Sequence record: OM386654.1
Length of the DNA stretch: 64,000 nt
Strand: one strand, 5' to 3'
From: Escherichia phage vB_EcoM_ESCO9
Shown: positions 19,731-29,419 of the stretch, piece by piece
Layout of the letters: every line of letters begins with the position of its first letter
Position numbering within the stretch: position 1 is the first letter of the stretch
Made by a program: the position numbers and the translations under genes
The notes under the pieces: generated by a model
Seen by the model: the letters and a program-made list of their open reading frames with translations, nothing else
Told to the model about the DNA's origin: nothing
Databases searched by the model: none

Positions 19731-20238
19731 GTGCGTTCTCATTACTTTTTAAATCACGATATACAGCTAATTCCCCAAGGTCTACAGAACCCGCTGAATG
19801 CACAAGTACAGCAGCACTAAGACTAATGGCAGTAGTACCTGGGGCAATATCAGCAGGTAGGGAAAGCGGGGTTTCTGTTACCAACTTGCATCTATATAAA
19901 ACGTTGGAGATGTAGTTGTGGACCCTTCAATCGATATTTGTCCTGTTGAAGCATTAATGGTGGCCATTGCCATGCCAAATGAAACGCCATCAGCAGTGAA
20001 CGGTACAGGGACATTTTTGGTTACTTTTGGTCTGCACCACCTTGGCAGCGTTGGAATTATCATAACTTGGTATTTTTGTAATCGACTGTAGAGTAAGGTC
20101 AGTGGCTAAAACCACTCCAGTGTCAGTAAGAAAGTTGGAAACTGTGCTTTTAACAGTCTTATCAGGTTGGTCTAAAACCAGGTAATCTGAACCATTAACT
20201 TTTGATGTTTCGGGTAAATTAGTAATTGTAGTTGACAT
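19731..20238 (-). pseudogene. tail-fibre-N-terminus-like gene split across two reading frames (two compensating frameshifts)
   Basis: N-terminal 82-aa frame (20238-19990) resembles the N-terminus of 25291..25764; continues in a second frame (20063-19878, NVPV motif shared with the paralog); returns to the first frame for the last ~50 codons, ending in TGA overlapping the next ATG. Shift points lie at A5 and T4 runs. Confidence 0.4.
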
Positions 20239-20246
20239 TTTTACTC

Positions 20247-22406
20247 CTATATATAAAATTTTTGTGTTGTTACTAAATCTTCTCCAGATTTAGTGGCTAA
20301 TGTAATTCCACTTATGGTGGCAATCGTAACATTTACCTGTTTAAGAGTGATATCTTGCAAATAGCAATTCAAAGGCACATTACCCATATAAAAAACTTGG
20401 GATTTTGAATTAAGAACAGTTATTGAATCATGCATTATTTGTGGATAAGCCCATATGTATTGATATAAACCAACAAACTTCTGGTCATTCAATACAATAT
20501 TACCTATAATCATTTTCCACAAATATGTCCTATAGTTTGATTCAGGATCAAAGCCATATAATGGTGCTAGAGTTGCATCTGGAACAAACCCTGCAAGATA
20601 ATGTATCTTATCATAACTAAAACCTAGTTGCTCATTAGGTATTGTGATAGCGTCAAAAGATCTTTCCATCTTACCTTCCAACAACCAATCATAACATTCT
20701 GAACAATAAAAATCAAAGTTTTCTGGGATATAATAATCTTTAGGGAAGTTAACAAATTCCATCATACCGTTACCTAAGATGGATGGTACAAATGGTAACA
20801 ATGTAACTTTTGCCCCAGGATATGCTAATCTAGTATCTGTTGCAAATTTAGCAACACGCAGTCCTAATGTTTTAGATAGGAATGCATAATATTCATCATA
20901 TGGTGTACCAGTTTTATAATTCTTAACTGTACCAACATCTTGTGCATATAATCCAGTTTCATTATTAAATGCAACTTTGGTTGTATAATCATAAATACAC
21001 GGTAGATTGGTAGCTGTATTATACCACCACCACGGTTCACCAACCTGAATAATAACCGGAAGATCATTAGCAGCGGATATAGAAGCTATCTTATTTATTA
21101 CACCTTGTAAATAATTCATCCCTTCATCAATTGAAGGAGATAAAACATAACTTGGTGGCTCATAACCTGTAGCAGCCAGATCATCATTCCAAGTATGTTG
21201 TACCCATTCTACAGGACACACTGTACTCATAAGTTCAAAACTTAAGGAGTTCATTACTGTGTAGCCCATAGCTTTTGCATTAGCGTGGAAGTTATCAAAC
21301 CAGGCTTCTGTTGCTGGGTTTAAATATTCTGTTCTGTTCAAAGCCCATTTATTAGAGCCAGCGTCCCAACTAAATTGATAATAATGTGACATACCATTAT
21401 AGTGGTTAATCATATCCCTATAACCTAATCTGTAGGTGTTAGAAATAACTCGCTCTGGGGTAAGGTTATACATATCATCATAAGATGTACACATTCTTAT
21501 GGTGTGTGCTGGAACATTTAAATTACCCATATTCATCATACTATAACCCGTATCAGGTTCCAGTATGGTAAACTTAAAGGAAAGATCCTCATTGTCTACA
21601 GGAATAATATCTTCAATTTCTTGATACCTTGTGGAGATCAAGGAGAAGAACATATTATCTATCTGTGTAGTGTCAACAACAATATCATTTTCTGGCCCAG
21701 ATTTTAAATTTGAGAAATCTAATTTTATTGTTGCTGTTTTACCATCCTCTGAAACTTCTTCTGCATAAAAGTTTAGAGATACATAATGAACTGTTTCATC
21801 CTTCAGTGTCACTGTTAAGGATGGCAATAATTTTTCTTCTTTTAATCCAGGAACACCTTGACTAAGTTCCATTTTAAACCAAAGTTTCTCTTTACTTAAG
21901 TCAGAATGTTCTTGGTAGCCTAATCCTTTGTGATCATATTTATCGTAAGTTGACCAAATAATCCCAGCAAGACCAGCCACTGTCCTATTAACCATTCTTG
22001 CTGTGAAAGAATCACCATTAGAGATAATAGAACAACTTTCTGTTGCTTGAGAATCTATTGTCCAAAACTTAGGATCAAACATTCTAGACTTCACAACAGG
22101 CCAAGTTAGCGGGGTTGTATTCGATTGATCAGTCGTAATAACACAACGAATTTCTTCATTGATCATCATGTTATTTTGACTTATGCTAGTAATCTCAAGA
22201 GTAAAATAAAGATCTAAAGAGTTTGCCGGACGTTCATATACATCAACCACTACAGTAGCAGAATCTGCATCAGAAGGGAACGTTACTGTTCCCTGTTTAG
22301 CTACATAATCTCTACCAGCGACCGCCGTTCCATCGACGGTCTTATAGCTGAATGAACTGGCATTTACTCTCGTATTTCGAGTTACAGTAAAAATAGCCTG
22401 TTTCAT
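20247..22406 (-). CDS. structural protein with N-terminal Calx-beta-like domain
   Basis: 719 aa; N-terminus FTVTRNTRVNASSFSYKTVDGTAVAGRDYVAKQGTVTFPSDADSATVVVDV matches the Calx-beta pattern. Confidence 0.45.
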   Translation of the reverse strand: MKQAIFTVTRNTRVNASSFSYKTVDGTAVAGRDYVAKQGTVTFPSDADSATVVVDVYERPANSLDLYFTLEITSISQNNMMINEEIRCVITTDQSNTTPLTWPVVKSRMFDPKFWTIDSQATESCSIISNGDSFTARMVNRTVAGLAGIIWSTYDKYDHKGLGYQEHSDLSKEKLWFKMELSQGVPGLKEEKLLPSLTVTLKDETVHYVSLNFYAEEVSEDGKTATIKLDFSNLKSGPENDIVVDTTQIDNMFFSLISTRYQEIEDIIPVDNEDLSFKFTILEPDTGYSMMNMGNLNVPAHTIRMCTSYDDMYNLTPERVISNTYRLGYRDMINHYNGMSHYYQFSWDAGSNKWALNRTEYLNPATEAWFDNFHANAKAMGYTVMNSLSFELMSTVCPVEWVQHTWNDDLAATGYEPPSYVLSPSIDEGMNYLQGVINKIASISAANDLPVIIQVGEPWWWYNTATNLPCIYDYTTKVAFNNETGLYAQDVGTVKNYKTGTPYDEYYAFLSKTLGLRVAKFATDTRLAYPGAKVTLLPFVPSILGNGMMEFVNFPKDYYIPENFDFYCSECYDWLLEGKMERSFDAITIPNEQLGFSYDKIHYLAGFVPDATLAPLYGFDPESNYRTYLWKMIIGNIVLNDQKFVGLYQYIWAYPQIMHDSITVLNSKSQVFYMGNVPLNCYLQDITLKQVNVTIATISGITLATKSGEDLVTTQKFYI

Positions 22407-22414
22407 TATTTTCC

Positions 22415-25291
22415 TTATTTGGTTACATCAACACTAATATCATTCATAGTTAGAACAGTTAGTGTTGGTATGTTACTATTATCCAAAATTGGTAAAGCGT
22501 TTTGAGGGTTTAGTTTACGATACAAGGCATATAAACCAAAACCACGTAATAGTTCTCCAGCATGGAAACCAAAGAACATTCCGTTATCTGAATCTGGGCG
22601 TGGTGCAACACTCCAGCAACCATTCATCGGATGGTTAGGGGAAAGCACAATATAGTTTTGCTGAATCAGATCAAAACATCTGTCTGCTACAATACCAATG
22701 TTTGGAATTTGTGAATCATAACCTGCCAAGCCCATGATTGAACAACCAGCCATAAACAGTGCAGACATATGACTAGTAAAGTCATCAATAGGTGCAAGAA
22801 CTGTACCATCTGGGTTAAAGATAGTTGGTGTTCTTCCATCATTATTGTCTTGGAACCATTTAAGGTAGTTGATCCAATTTTTACAAACAGTTACTAGTTT
22901 TTCAGGAGGTGTTTCTCCTCTTTGTACAAGTTCGTATACAGTATGACAAGCACAGTAGAATGCACGAGCTTCATAACCATCCCACGCTTTTTCATTCCAG
23001 TGTTTCATTGTAAACGTATTAGGTTCACCGTATTTTCTTGCATCCCAACGATCCCACACATATGCTTGTGCCATAGGCCCAGGCATCACAGGATCAAACG
23101 TGTTATAAAACCACATTTGAGCATCATACAAGAAATCAATACTGTTGTTTAAACGTGTCCAATCAATATCCCTACCTGCGAAACAGTATAAGGAAGGATA
23201 CTGGTATCCTGGGTATGGAATACCACGCCATCCATCGTATAATGCAGTGTTTGGGTCACTGATATTAGAGAATGGAATTATTCCTGGTGTGTAATTAAGA
23301 CTATTTAACTTATAGTCAATAATAGTACAATCACCTAACTTAGCAGTATGAGGACTTGAAGCCTGTACAGTAATACGGAAGTACATGGTATAATCATCAC
23401 CAGAAGATGACGAATATCTTTCAGGTACATCGTTAATACAATAGAAATCTATTGTTCCTGTTAAACCATTGACAGGAGCCGTATCAAGAACTAAATTTAC
23501 CTGATCTACAGCAGTAAGATTTATTGCTGAAGGTTTAGGATCTGTTTCTGGATGATTAGGCTGGTAAGCACTTAACTTAAAAGCAGAGGCTGATAAAGTC
23601 TTCGTACTCCATGCCCCTTGCGTTTTAGGCAGCATAGCCCACCATCTCCAACCTTGATCATCCGTGATAGTCATGTTAAAGTCATCTTCATATGTTCTAT
23701 ATGTAATAGACTTAACATTAGCTTTTGATGTAGGAGTTAACCAAAAACCAACAGTAACACCACCATCCGTATCCATTGATGCAGTAACAATCTGGTCATT
23801 ATTAGTTCCAGCAATACCTGTTACATACTTATATTGTACCACAGTATTGTCACCCCAGTCAACAATAATTCGCGGATCTGCGATAATATATGTTCCACCA
23901 CTAGGAGGGGTACTTCTCATAAAGCTGGATAGTGGAATATCCATGCTTGTCATATTAGCTGTACCTAGTGGTAAGCCACAGCGGTAAGTTACTGTGTTAT
24001 TTTCATCTTTGGTCTTACTTAATTCCAACTCTGGACGGAAAAGAATACCATGTCCTGCGTCATCTACACCTTGAAACTGGACTCGTAACTTAGAGTTCTG
24101 ATCAACTTTAAACCAAATGGCTTGCTGTTCTAATGTTGTTTGAGCAGCAACATCTTGTCTAATAACAATATAGCCTAAAGTATCTCTTGAATATTTAGGT
24201 ATTGCTGTAGATGGATACGAATAATCGTAAGAGATGCCATCTGTAAACGGGATAGTTGCATATGTAGACTTACGGAAGAATTTATCAAACATATCAATGT
24301 TTGAGTAATCTTGACACACTAACAGTGAAGACTGCCAGCATAGCCAATATTTTCTTTCTCCTGTAATTTGGTACATCAGGTAATTAGCATCACACCACCA
24401 AGTTTCAGCATCTGACGCATTATCCTGAAAGCCCATTTCTACCGGAACGTTAACTGGTCTGTTATGCCACATAGTGTTACGCTCCATTAAATAACCACCG
24501 TGTTCAACAGGGTTACAAGTCGCGTAGTTAAATTTATATGTACCGTTTACAGAAGTATTTTTTAGTTGAACTGTTCCGTATTGAGATGTTGGAAAACCTT
24601 CTTCTAAGATATTCCCATCCCAGTCAACTTTACGTCCTAGACGATCAATGATCCAATCAACATCCCATTGATCTCCCTTCTTAGACCAATCTGTTGTACC
24701 ATCTGCATTAACAGCATACACTGTAGCGTTTACAGAGTTCCATCCTAGATTACCATTAAAAGCAAACCATGCTTTGTCAAGGTATTCTCCCCAATGAGGA
24801 GCACCATGAGGAATAACTGTTCTGCCGTTAGTCCACGTCATTAAGCTACCCTTAAAACCTCCGTGTGTAGGGTAGCCATCATCTGTAAGAGGATAGTGCG
24901 CAAGACGTGGTTCTTTACCGTTAATAATCCAGTTAGGGCGATATTTTGCTGGCGGATCTGGGATAGGTTGACCACCAAAGAAGTAATCTATATAGGCTTG
25001 CCAATATTTTTTAGCAGAGTCTAAATACTTTGTATCGCCGGAAGCCAGGTATGCATAAGCGCAACCAAGAATAAGCACGGATTGACCTTCTGTTGTAGCA
25101 TCCCCGTTTGGTTGCCCTTCTTGAGCAGTCCAGTTTATAAAGTGTCTGTTATTAGCTAGAACGTTTTGTGGGTTTAATACATAGTGTTGCACTGTAGGAT
25201 CTACAGTTAAACCTGTATTACGATCTAAGAACTGAATATGTCCATCGATCAGTTGAAAAACATTGTCAATTCTGTGCTTAATTCTTGACAT
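22415..25291 (-). CDS. large virion structural protein (958 aa)
   Basis: ORF track; Trp/Tyr/Asn-rich; position in the tail cluster. Confidence 0.45.
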   Translation of the reverse strand: MSRIKHRIDNVFQLIDGHIQFLDRNTGLTVDPTVQHYVLNPQNVLANNRHFINWTAQEGQPNGDATTEGQSVLILGCAYAYLASGDTKYLDSAKKYWQAYIDYFFGGQPIPDPPAKYRPNWIINGKEPRLAHYPLTDDGYPTHGGFKGSLMTWTNGRTVIPHGAPHWGEYLDKAWFAFNGNLGWNSVNATVYAVNADGTTDWSKKGDQWDVDWIIDRLGRKVDWDGNILEEGFPTSQYGTVQLKNTSVNGTYKFNYATCNPVEHGGYLMERNTMWHNRPVNVPVEMGFQDNASDAETWWCDANYLMYQITGERKYWLCWQSSLLVCQDYSNIDMFDKFFRKSTYATIPFTDGISYDYSYPSTAIPKYSRDTLGYIVIRQDVAAQTTLEQQAIWFKVDQNSKLRVQFQGVDDAGHGILFRPELELSKTKDENNTVTYRCGLPLGTANMTSMDIPLSSFMRSTPPSGGTYIIADPRIIVDWGDNTVVQYKYVTGIAGTNNDQIVTASMDTDGGVTVGFWLTPTSKANVKSITYRTYEDDFNMTITDDQGWRWWAMLPKTQGAWSTKTLSASAFKLSAYQPNHPETDPKPSAINLTAVDQVNLVLDTAPVNGLTGTIDFYCINDVPERYSSSSGDDYTMYFRITVQASSPHTAKLGDCTIIDYKLNSLNYTPGIIPFSNISDPNTALYDGWRGIPYPGYQYPSLYCFAGRDIDWTRLNNSIDFLYDAQMWFYNTFDPVMPGPMAQAYVWDRWDARKYGEPNTFTMKHWNEKAWDGYEARAFYCACHTVYELVQRGETPPEKLVTVCKNWINYLKWFQDNNDGRTPTIFNPDGTVLAPIDDFTSHMSALFMAGCSIMGLAGYDSQIPNIGIVADRCFDLIQQNYIVLSPNHPMNGCWSVAPRPDSDNGMFFGFHAGELLRGFGLYALYRKLNPQNALPILDNSNIPTLTVLTMNDISVDVTK

Positions 25292-25764
25292 TAAATCACT
25301 CCTGCCATCACTAAACTACCTATCCAGGTAGCTCCATTATCATAACTAACAAATTCAAAAATATCTGTAGCTCCCTGTTTATAACTCAAAACAGGAGCGC
25401 GACCAAAACTCCATTTAACAGATTGAGGCCACGTTACTTTATTTGCTCCACTGCCTTGACGTAGGGATAGAGTAAAGTTTTGAACAATGTTAGTTGTAAC
25501 TGGAACATTACTAAATGAAATACTGCAAGTTGGACTAGATAAAGTGGCAGAGAAATACTCTGCCGTGCTAATATCTAAAGCTAGGGTATTTGTAACAGTA
25601 CCCCTTGCAGAAAGACGATTTCGTGTAACACCAGCACCCGCAAGAAGAACACGTAATGATGTTTTCTTAGTGATGCCTGATTGATCTGTTACAAAATAAT
25701 CTGTGTCTGAAACAGATGTTGTTACAGGTAGATCAGACACCTTGATTGTAGTTAAATCAGCCAT
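25291..25764 (-). CDS. tail-fibre-associated protein (157 aa), paralog of the N-terminus of 19731..20238
   Basis: Shared N-terminal pattern (..DLP.T..V.D.DY.V.DQ....K). Confidence 0.45.
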   Translation of the reverse strand: MADLTTIKVSDLPVTTSVSDTDYFVTDQSGITKKTSLRVLLAGAGVTRNRLSARGTVTNTLALDISTAEYFSATLSSPTCSISFSNVPVTTNIVQNFTLSLRQGSGANKVTWPQSVKWSFGRAPVLSYKQGATDIFEFVSYDNGATWIGSLVMAGVI

Positions 25765-26392
25765 TATTATTTGTAGCTCCCATTGTTGCTGTTATAGCAT
25801 AGTTGTAATTGGTTGCAAGACCTTTATTGGCTTCGTTAACAAGGTATTTTTCAATCAATGCCTCGTTAGACCACTCATTCCACCAAGTAGAATAAGTATC
25901 TTTAGGAAGACCAACAATGTTAATAAAGCGATAGAGTCTATTTGCAGATTCAACAATTTCAAATGCTTCACAAGTGATTGCTGCATTATCATCACCAGCT
26001 TCTGGATAAATATATTCTTCAGACGGCTGTGTACTGAATAGCGCACTAACAACTTGTTCACCAACTGTAACAGTAACGTTCATTGAGTAATACCTATCAT
26101 CTCTATCATAAGAGGAAGTGTAGGAATTAATATTATCTATATAAACATTACTTGCGATAGTTGATAAGAAAATGCGATCAACAATCTCTTTCTTCTTGGC
26201 AACACCAATAATCTCTTGCAGATATGGAACCCCAAAATTAGAATTGAGGAACCATTCTCCACGGAAAGTTCTAAGTGTTATTCCAAGCGTCTGTGCTGCA
26301 ATTTCACTTTTAGTTGTGGTTAGTGTTAAATCACCATCCACCATTACTAAATCGTTAGAACCATCAAGTTTTAAATCAAATGGTATTCCCAT
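25757..26392 (-). CDS. putative baseplate protein
   Basis: ORF track; position only. Confidence 0.4.
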   Translation of the reverse strand: MGIPFDLKLDGSNDLVMVDGDLTLTTTKSEIAAQTLGITLRTFRGEWFLNSNFGVPYLQEIIGVAKKKEIVDRIFLSTIASNVYIDNINSYTSSYDRDDRYYSMNVTVTVGEQVVSALFSTQPSEEYIYPEAGDDNAAITCEAFEIVESANRLYRFINIVGLPKDTYSTWWNEWSNEALIEKYLVNEANKGLATNYNYAITATMGATNNNG

Positions 26393-26395
26393 CTG

Positions 26396-27133
26396 TTAAC
26401 CTCCATTTGGTTTGTCGGAAGTAACAGTGCTACCACCAGTTTCAACACCGCGCACAGGGTGTGTATGTGTGTGTAAACCAATGCCACCACTATCTTTCAT
26501 ACGACCGTCAGGTGTGATTGTTAAACCGTTTAAATTTACAGTACCACCTTTATATGTCATAGTCCCACCTTGCAGTGTAAGTTTTCCTCCTCCTGCATCA
26601 GTAAGAACGATACTGTTTGGTGTCATATCTATTTTCATACCTTGTGTGTTGTACACAGATATATTACCGTTAGGATCAAACGAAGCGTAAGTTTGCTTAT
26701 TATTTGAGATAACAACTTTTTCAGAATCTACTTCTTCTGAAGAATCTGTAGCTGTTGCTATCTTAGGAATAAAACAGGCTGGATACAAACCACAAGGTTG
26801 AATTAATGTTCCGCTGCTGGCTGTATCTCCGTCTGTCTGGAAAGCATTCGACGGATCTCTTTCTGAAAAGACAACAACACCAATATCTCCTGCTTTAATT
26901 GGAAATGAAATTCTACCTGTACCACCACCATTTACCATAAAAGGAACATCGTGGAATGTTGGGTAATCTATTTCATCTTCAGTAGATCTGGTATTTTTTA
27001 CGATAGATTCTAAAGTTACTGTCTTAGATCCATAATCTACACCAATTACCCTTACAGGTAAAGATGTATGTACTTCCGCAACTTGCTCGTTGATTAGTCC
27101 ACGGATTGCTGTTACAAAATTTAAAGCATCCAT
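26396..27133 (-). CDS. putative baseplate spike/assembly protein
   Basis: 245 aa; Gly-rich C-terminus; position only. Confidence 0.4.
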   Translation of the reverse strand: MDALNFVTAIRGLINEQVAEVHTSLPVRVIGVDYGSKTVTLESIVKNTRSTEDEIDYPTFHDVPFMVNGGGTGRISFPIKAGDIGVVVFSERDPSNAFQTDGDTASSGTLIQPCGLYPACFIPKIATATDSSEEVDSEKVVISNNKQTYASFDPNGNISVYNTQGMKIDMTPNSIVLTDAGGGKLTLQGGTMTYKGGTVNLNGLTITPDGRMKDSGGIGLHTHTHPVRGVETGGSTVTSDKPNGG

Positions 27134-27135
27134 TT

Positions 27136-28146
27136 CTAGCCCTTCTTAATAATTGCAGATACAGATACAGACTCTACTTCAGTTGTCCAGTCTTTACCTT
27201 CCCTATCACCTGTATGAACAACAGACACCACCTTAAAACCACCATCGTAGTTATGGCTCTTGAGCCAAACAGTTTTTTCTGGTAAGATAGCACCGTTCAT
27301 TTCACATCTGAACTTAACACCATCTGTAGGCTTTTTAGCTTTCTTAGAAGATTTAGTTACTTTTTGTGTCGGTTTAATATCGTTGTGGAAAGGTTCTGGA
27401 CTACCAATTAAACCTGTTTCTGCACTAATATATGCGCATCTTGCACTAGACATTTGTGATCTTGGTGTCACGTAAACAGATCCATCTTGTATCGACACAT
27501 TGTGATCAATACCTTTACAGATACTTTCTAAGTAATGTGATGTGTTACCACACATAGCTGTTGCAGATGATAAAGTTTTCTCTGTGTCTACGTGAATATT
27601 ACCTTCTGTAGTACCTAAATCTTTAACTAAGTCTTTAACAACCTTACTTACTTTTGTACCTTTCGGATAACTTCGGCTTGTCCTTGCTTCGGAGATGTTA
27701 ATACCACCATCCAGACAATGTAACACTGTACGTCTGTCTGTATTGTTAAAAGTATCACTCACCCATTGCACCGTTCCCTTAAAGATCATAATTAACTCTT
27801 GACCTTCATAACCTACTGCCAAAGCAACAGCCAAGTTGTTACGAATACCTTTGTTAATATAATTAACAGTATCATCACTTAGGTTATAAATAGTTATCTC
27901 GGCTTGATTAGGATCTTTATTATTATCTTTTCTTATTGTGAAAGATATTTGGTGCTCCGTAATAACATACAAATTAGGGGTTGATTTTTTAGCATCCCCT
28001 AGTTTAGTATCTAAGTCTACTGTAGATTTGAAAGAGGAATTTTTTGTCCTTTTTTCTTTAGTATTAGTAGCTGTACCTATTAATAGTTTGTATGCTCTGT
28101 TTAGATTGGGTGCAGGAGCTTTTGTGTAATTTCTTTCTTCTGCCAT
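27136..28146 (-). CDS. putative baseplate hub / tail protein
   Basis: 336 aa; position only. Confidence 0.4.
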   Translation of the reverse strand: MAEERNYTKAPAPNLNRAYKLLIGTATNTKEKRTKNSSFKSTVDLDTKLGDAKKSTPNLYVITEHQISFTIRKDNNKDPNQAEITIYNLSDDTVNYINKGIRNNLAVALAVGYEGQELIMIFKGTVQWVSDTFNNTDRRTVLHCLDGGINISEARTSRSYPKGTKVSKVVKDLVKDLGTTEGNIHVDTEKTLSSATAMCGNTSHYLESICKGIDHNVSIQDGSVYVTPRSQMSSARCAYISAETGLIGSPEPFHNDIKPTQKVTKSSKKAKKPTDGVKFRCEMNGAILPEKTVWLKSHNYDGGFKVVSVVHTGDREGKDWTTEVESVSVSAIIKKG

Positions 28147-28162
28147 TTAAAAACTCCTTTTA

Positions 28163-28582
28163 TCATGCTTGATATGGAAGAGCGTCGATATAAACCAAAG
28201 CAAATCTTTTATCTACACCTGTGTCATAGTAATTAGGTCTACCGTTTATTTTAACAGTATCTACCAAATAGAGTTGACCATCCGGCACAGATTCTATATA
28301 CTTATATGGTTCTAGAAGATCTAAACCATTGGTTACTTTAAAAGTTACACTAGGATTGTCTCCTGATAATCCTAATTGCATTTGCCACGCTTGATCTCTT
28401 GTGTTCCATCTCAAACGTATATCATAATCTACTCCATCGAGAGTTACTGTATATGTTTGGTCTGGGTACTGTTCTGTAGGTAAGTACCAAGAATAATAAC
28501 CTAAATTTCGATCAATAAATACTGCATTGTAGCCACTATTAGATGTGCTTCTACTGATCTTTGAATAAGATGAAATAGCCAA
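28163..28582 (-). CDS. hypothetical tail protein
   Basis: ORF track; position only. Confidence 0.4.
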   Translation of the reverse strand: MAISSYSKISRSTSNSGYNAVFIDRNLGYYSWYLPTEQYPDQTYTVTLDGVDYDIRLRWNTRDQAWQMQLGLSGDNPSVTFKVTNGLDLLEPYKYIESVPDGQLYLVDTVKINGRPNYYDTGVDKRFALVYIDALPYQA

Positions 28583-28593
28583 AAATTTTCTCC

Positions 28594-29304
28594 TTATTTT
28601 TTACCATCTGCACTGTGATCACTAAGATGTTCTGTACCAGTTGCTTTCCCTGTTCTTGCATCCAAATCAGCATCTGGACTAGTACCTTTCTTGTTTTTAA
28701 CACCTGTATTCTTATTTGGTTTTGTCTTAAGTGCAATAGCATTTGTTTCCCCGTAAGAAACTAATCTTACTTGTTCAAATTCCAAGTCAAATTGCATTGC
28801 ATATTCTGTTTGATATTCATATGATATGCCTTTCAAAATAACATTCTCATACACCTTATGTTCTGTTATTAAAATAATAGGCTGTCTTTCATCAAATATT
28901 TTATCTAAGTAAGTAATTGCTTGACTGATACGAGTACCGTTAACACCAGCACTATATAGCATATCTCGCATTAATCTTACAGGTGTCTCTGTAATCATTC
29001 CTGATAAAGAGAAAGTATTATTCTTAACTTGAACGTGATCCGATACATTAGCACCATTTTCTACAGGATAGCTAGTAACATCTGCTTGACGTTTTACACC
29101 GATATTTGGAACAGCATCAAAAACTATAGCTTGGTAGTTTTGAATATATTGATCACTTGCACTATTGTAAACACTTGCTAAAATACAAAAACCATTCTCC
29201 CCTTTCACAGTAGAGGCAGAGTTATTTGTGTTTTTTGTAGAATTTATATCTTGTTCCGCTTTATAAACCGCTTGAACGTGTTGTTCTGGAGTGTTTGCTG
29301 CCAT
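28594..29304 (-). CDS. hypothetical tail protein
   Basis: ORF track; promoter-like element immediately upstream. Confidence 0.4.
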   Translation of the reverse strand: MAANTPEQHVQAVYKAEQDINSTKNTNNSASTVKGENGFCILASVYNSASDQYIQNYQAIVFDAVPNIGVKRQADVTSYPVENGANVSDHVQVKNNTFSLSGMITETPVRLMRDMLYSAGVNGTRISQAITYLDKIFDERQPIILITEHKVYENVILKGISYEYQTEYAMQFDLEFEQVRLVSYGETNAIALKTKPNKNTGVKNKKGTSPDADLDARTGKATGTEHLSDHSADGKK

Positions 29305-29344
29305 ATAATTTTACCTCTTAATGTGATAAGAAACATTCTCCCTT

Positions 29345-29381
29345 ATCACTCATTTTATCACGAAAAACAACTCTTTGTCAA
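29345..29381 (-). promoter_or_regulatory. sigma70-like promoter (-35 TTGACA, 18-nt spacer, -10 TAAAAT)
   Basis: Minus-strand TTGACA at 29376-29381 and TAAAAT at 29352-29357. Confidence 0.45.
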
Positions 29382-29385
29382 GACA

Positions 29386-29413
29386 AATAAAAAGCCCCGC
29401 CGAAGCGAGGCTT
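29386..29413 (-). terminator. rho-independent terminator after the tape measure gene
   Basis: Minus strand reads GCCTCGC-TTCG-GCGGGGC followed by TTTTTATTTG. Confidence 0.55.
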
Positions 29414-29419
29414 TATGCA

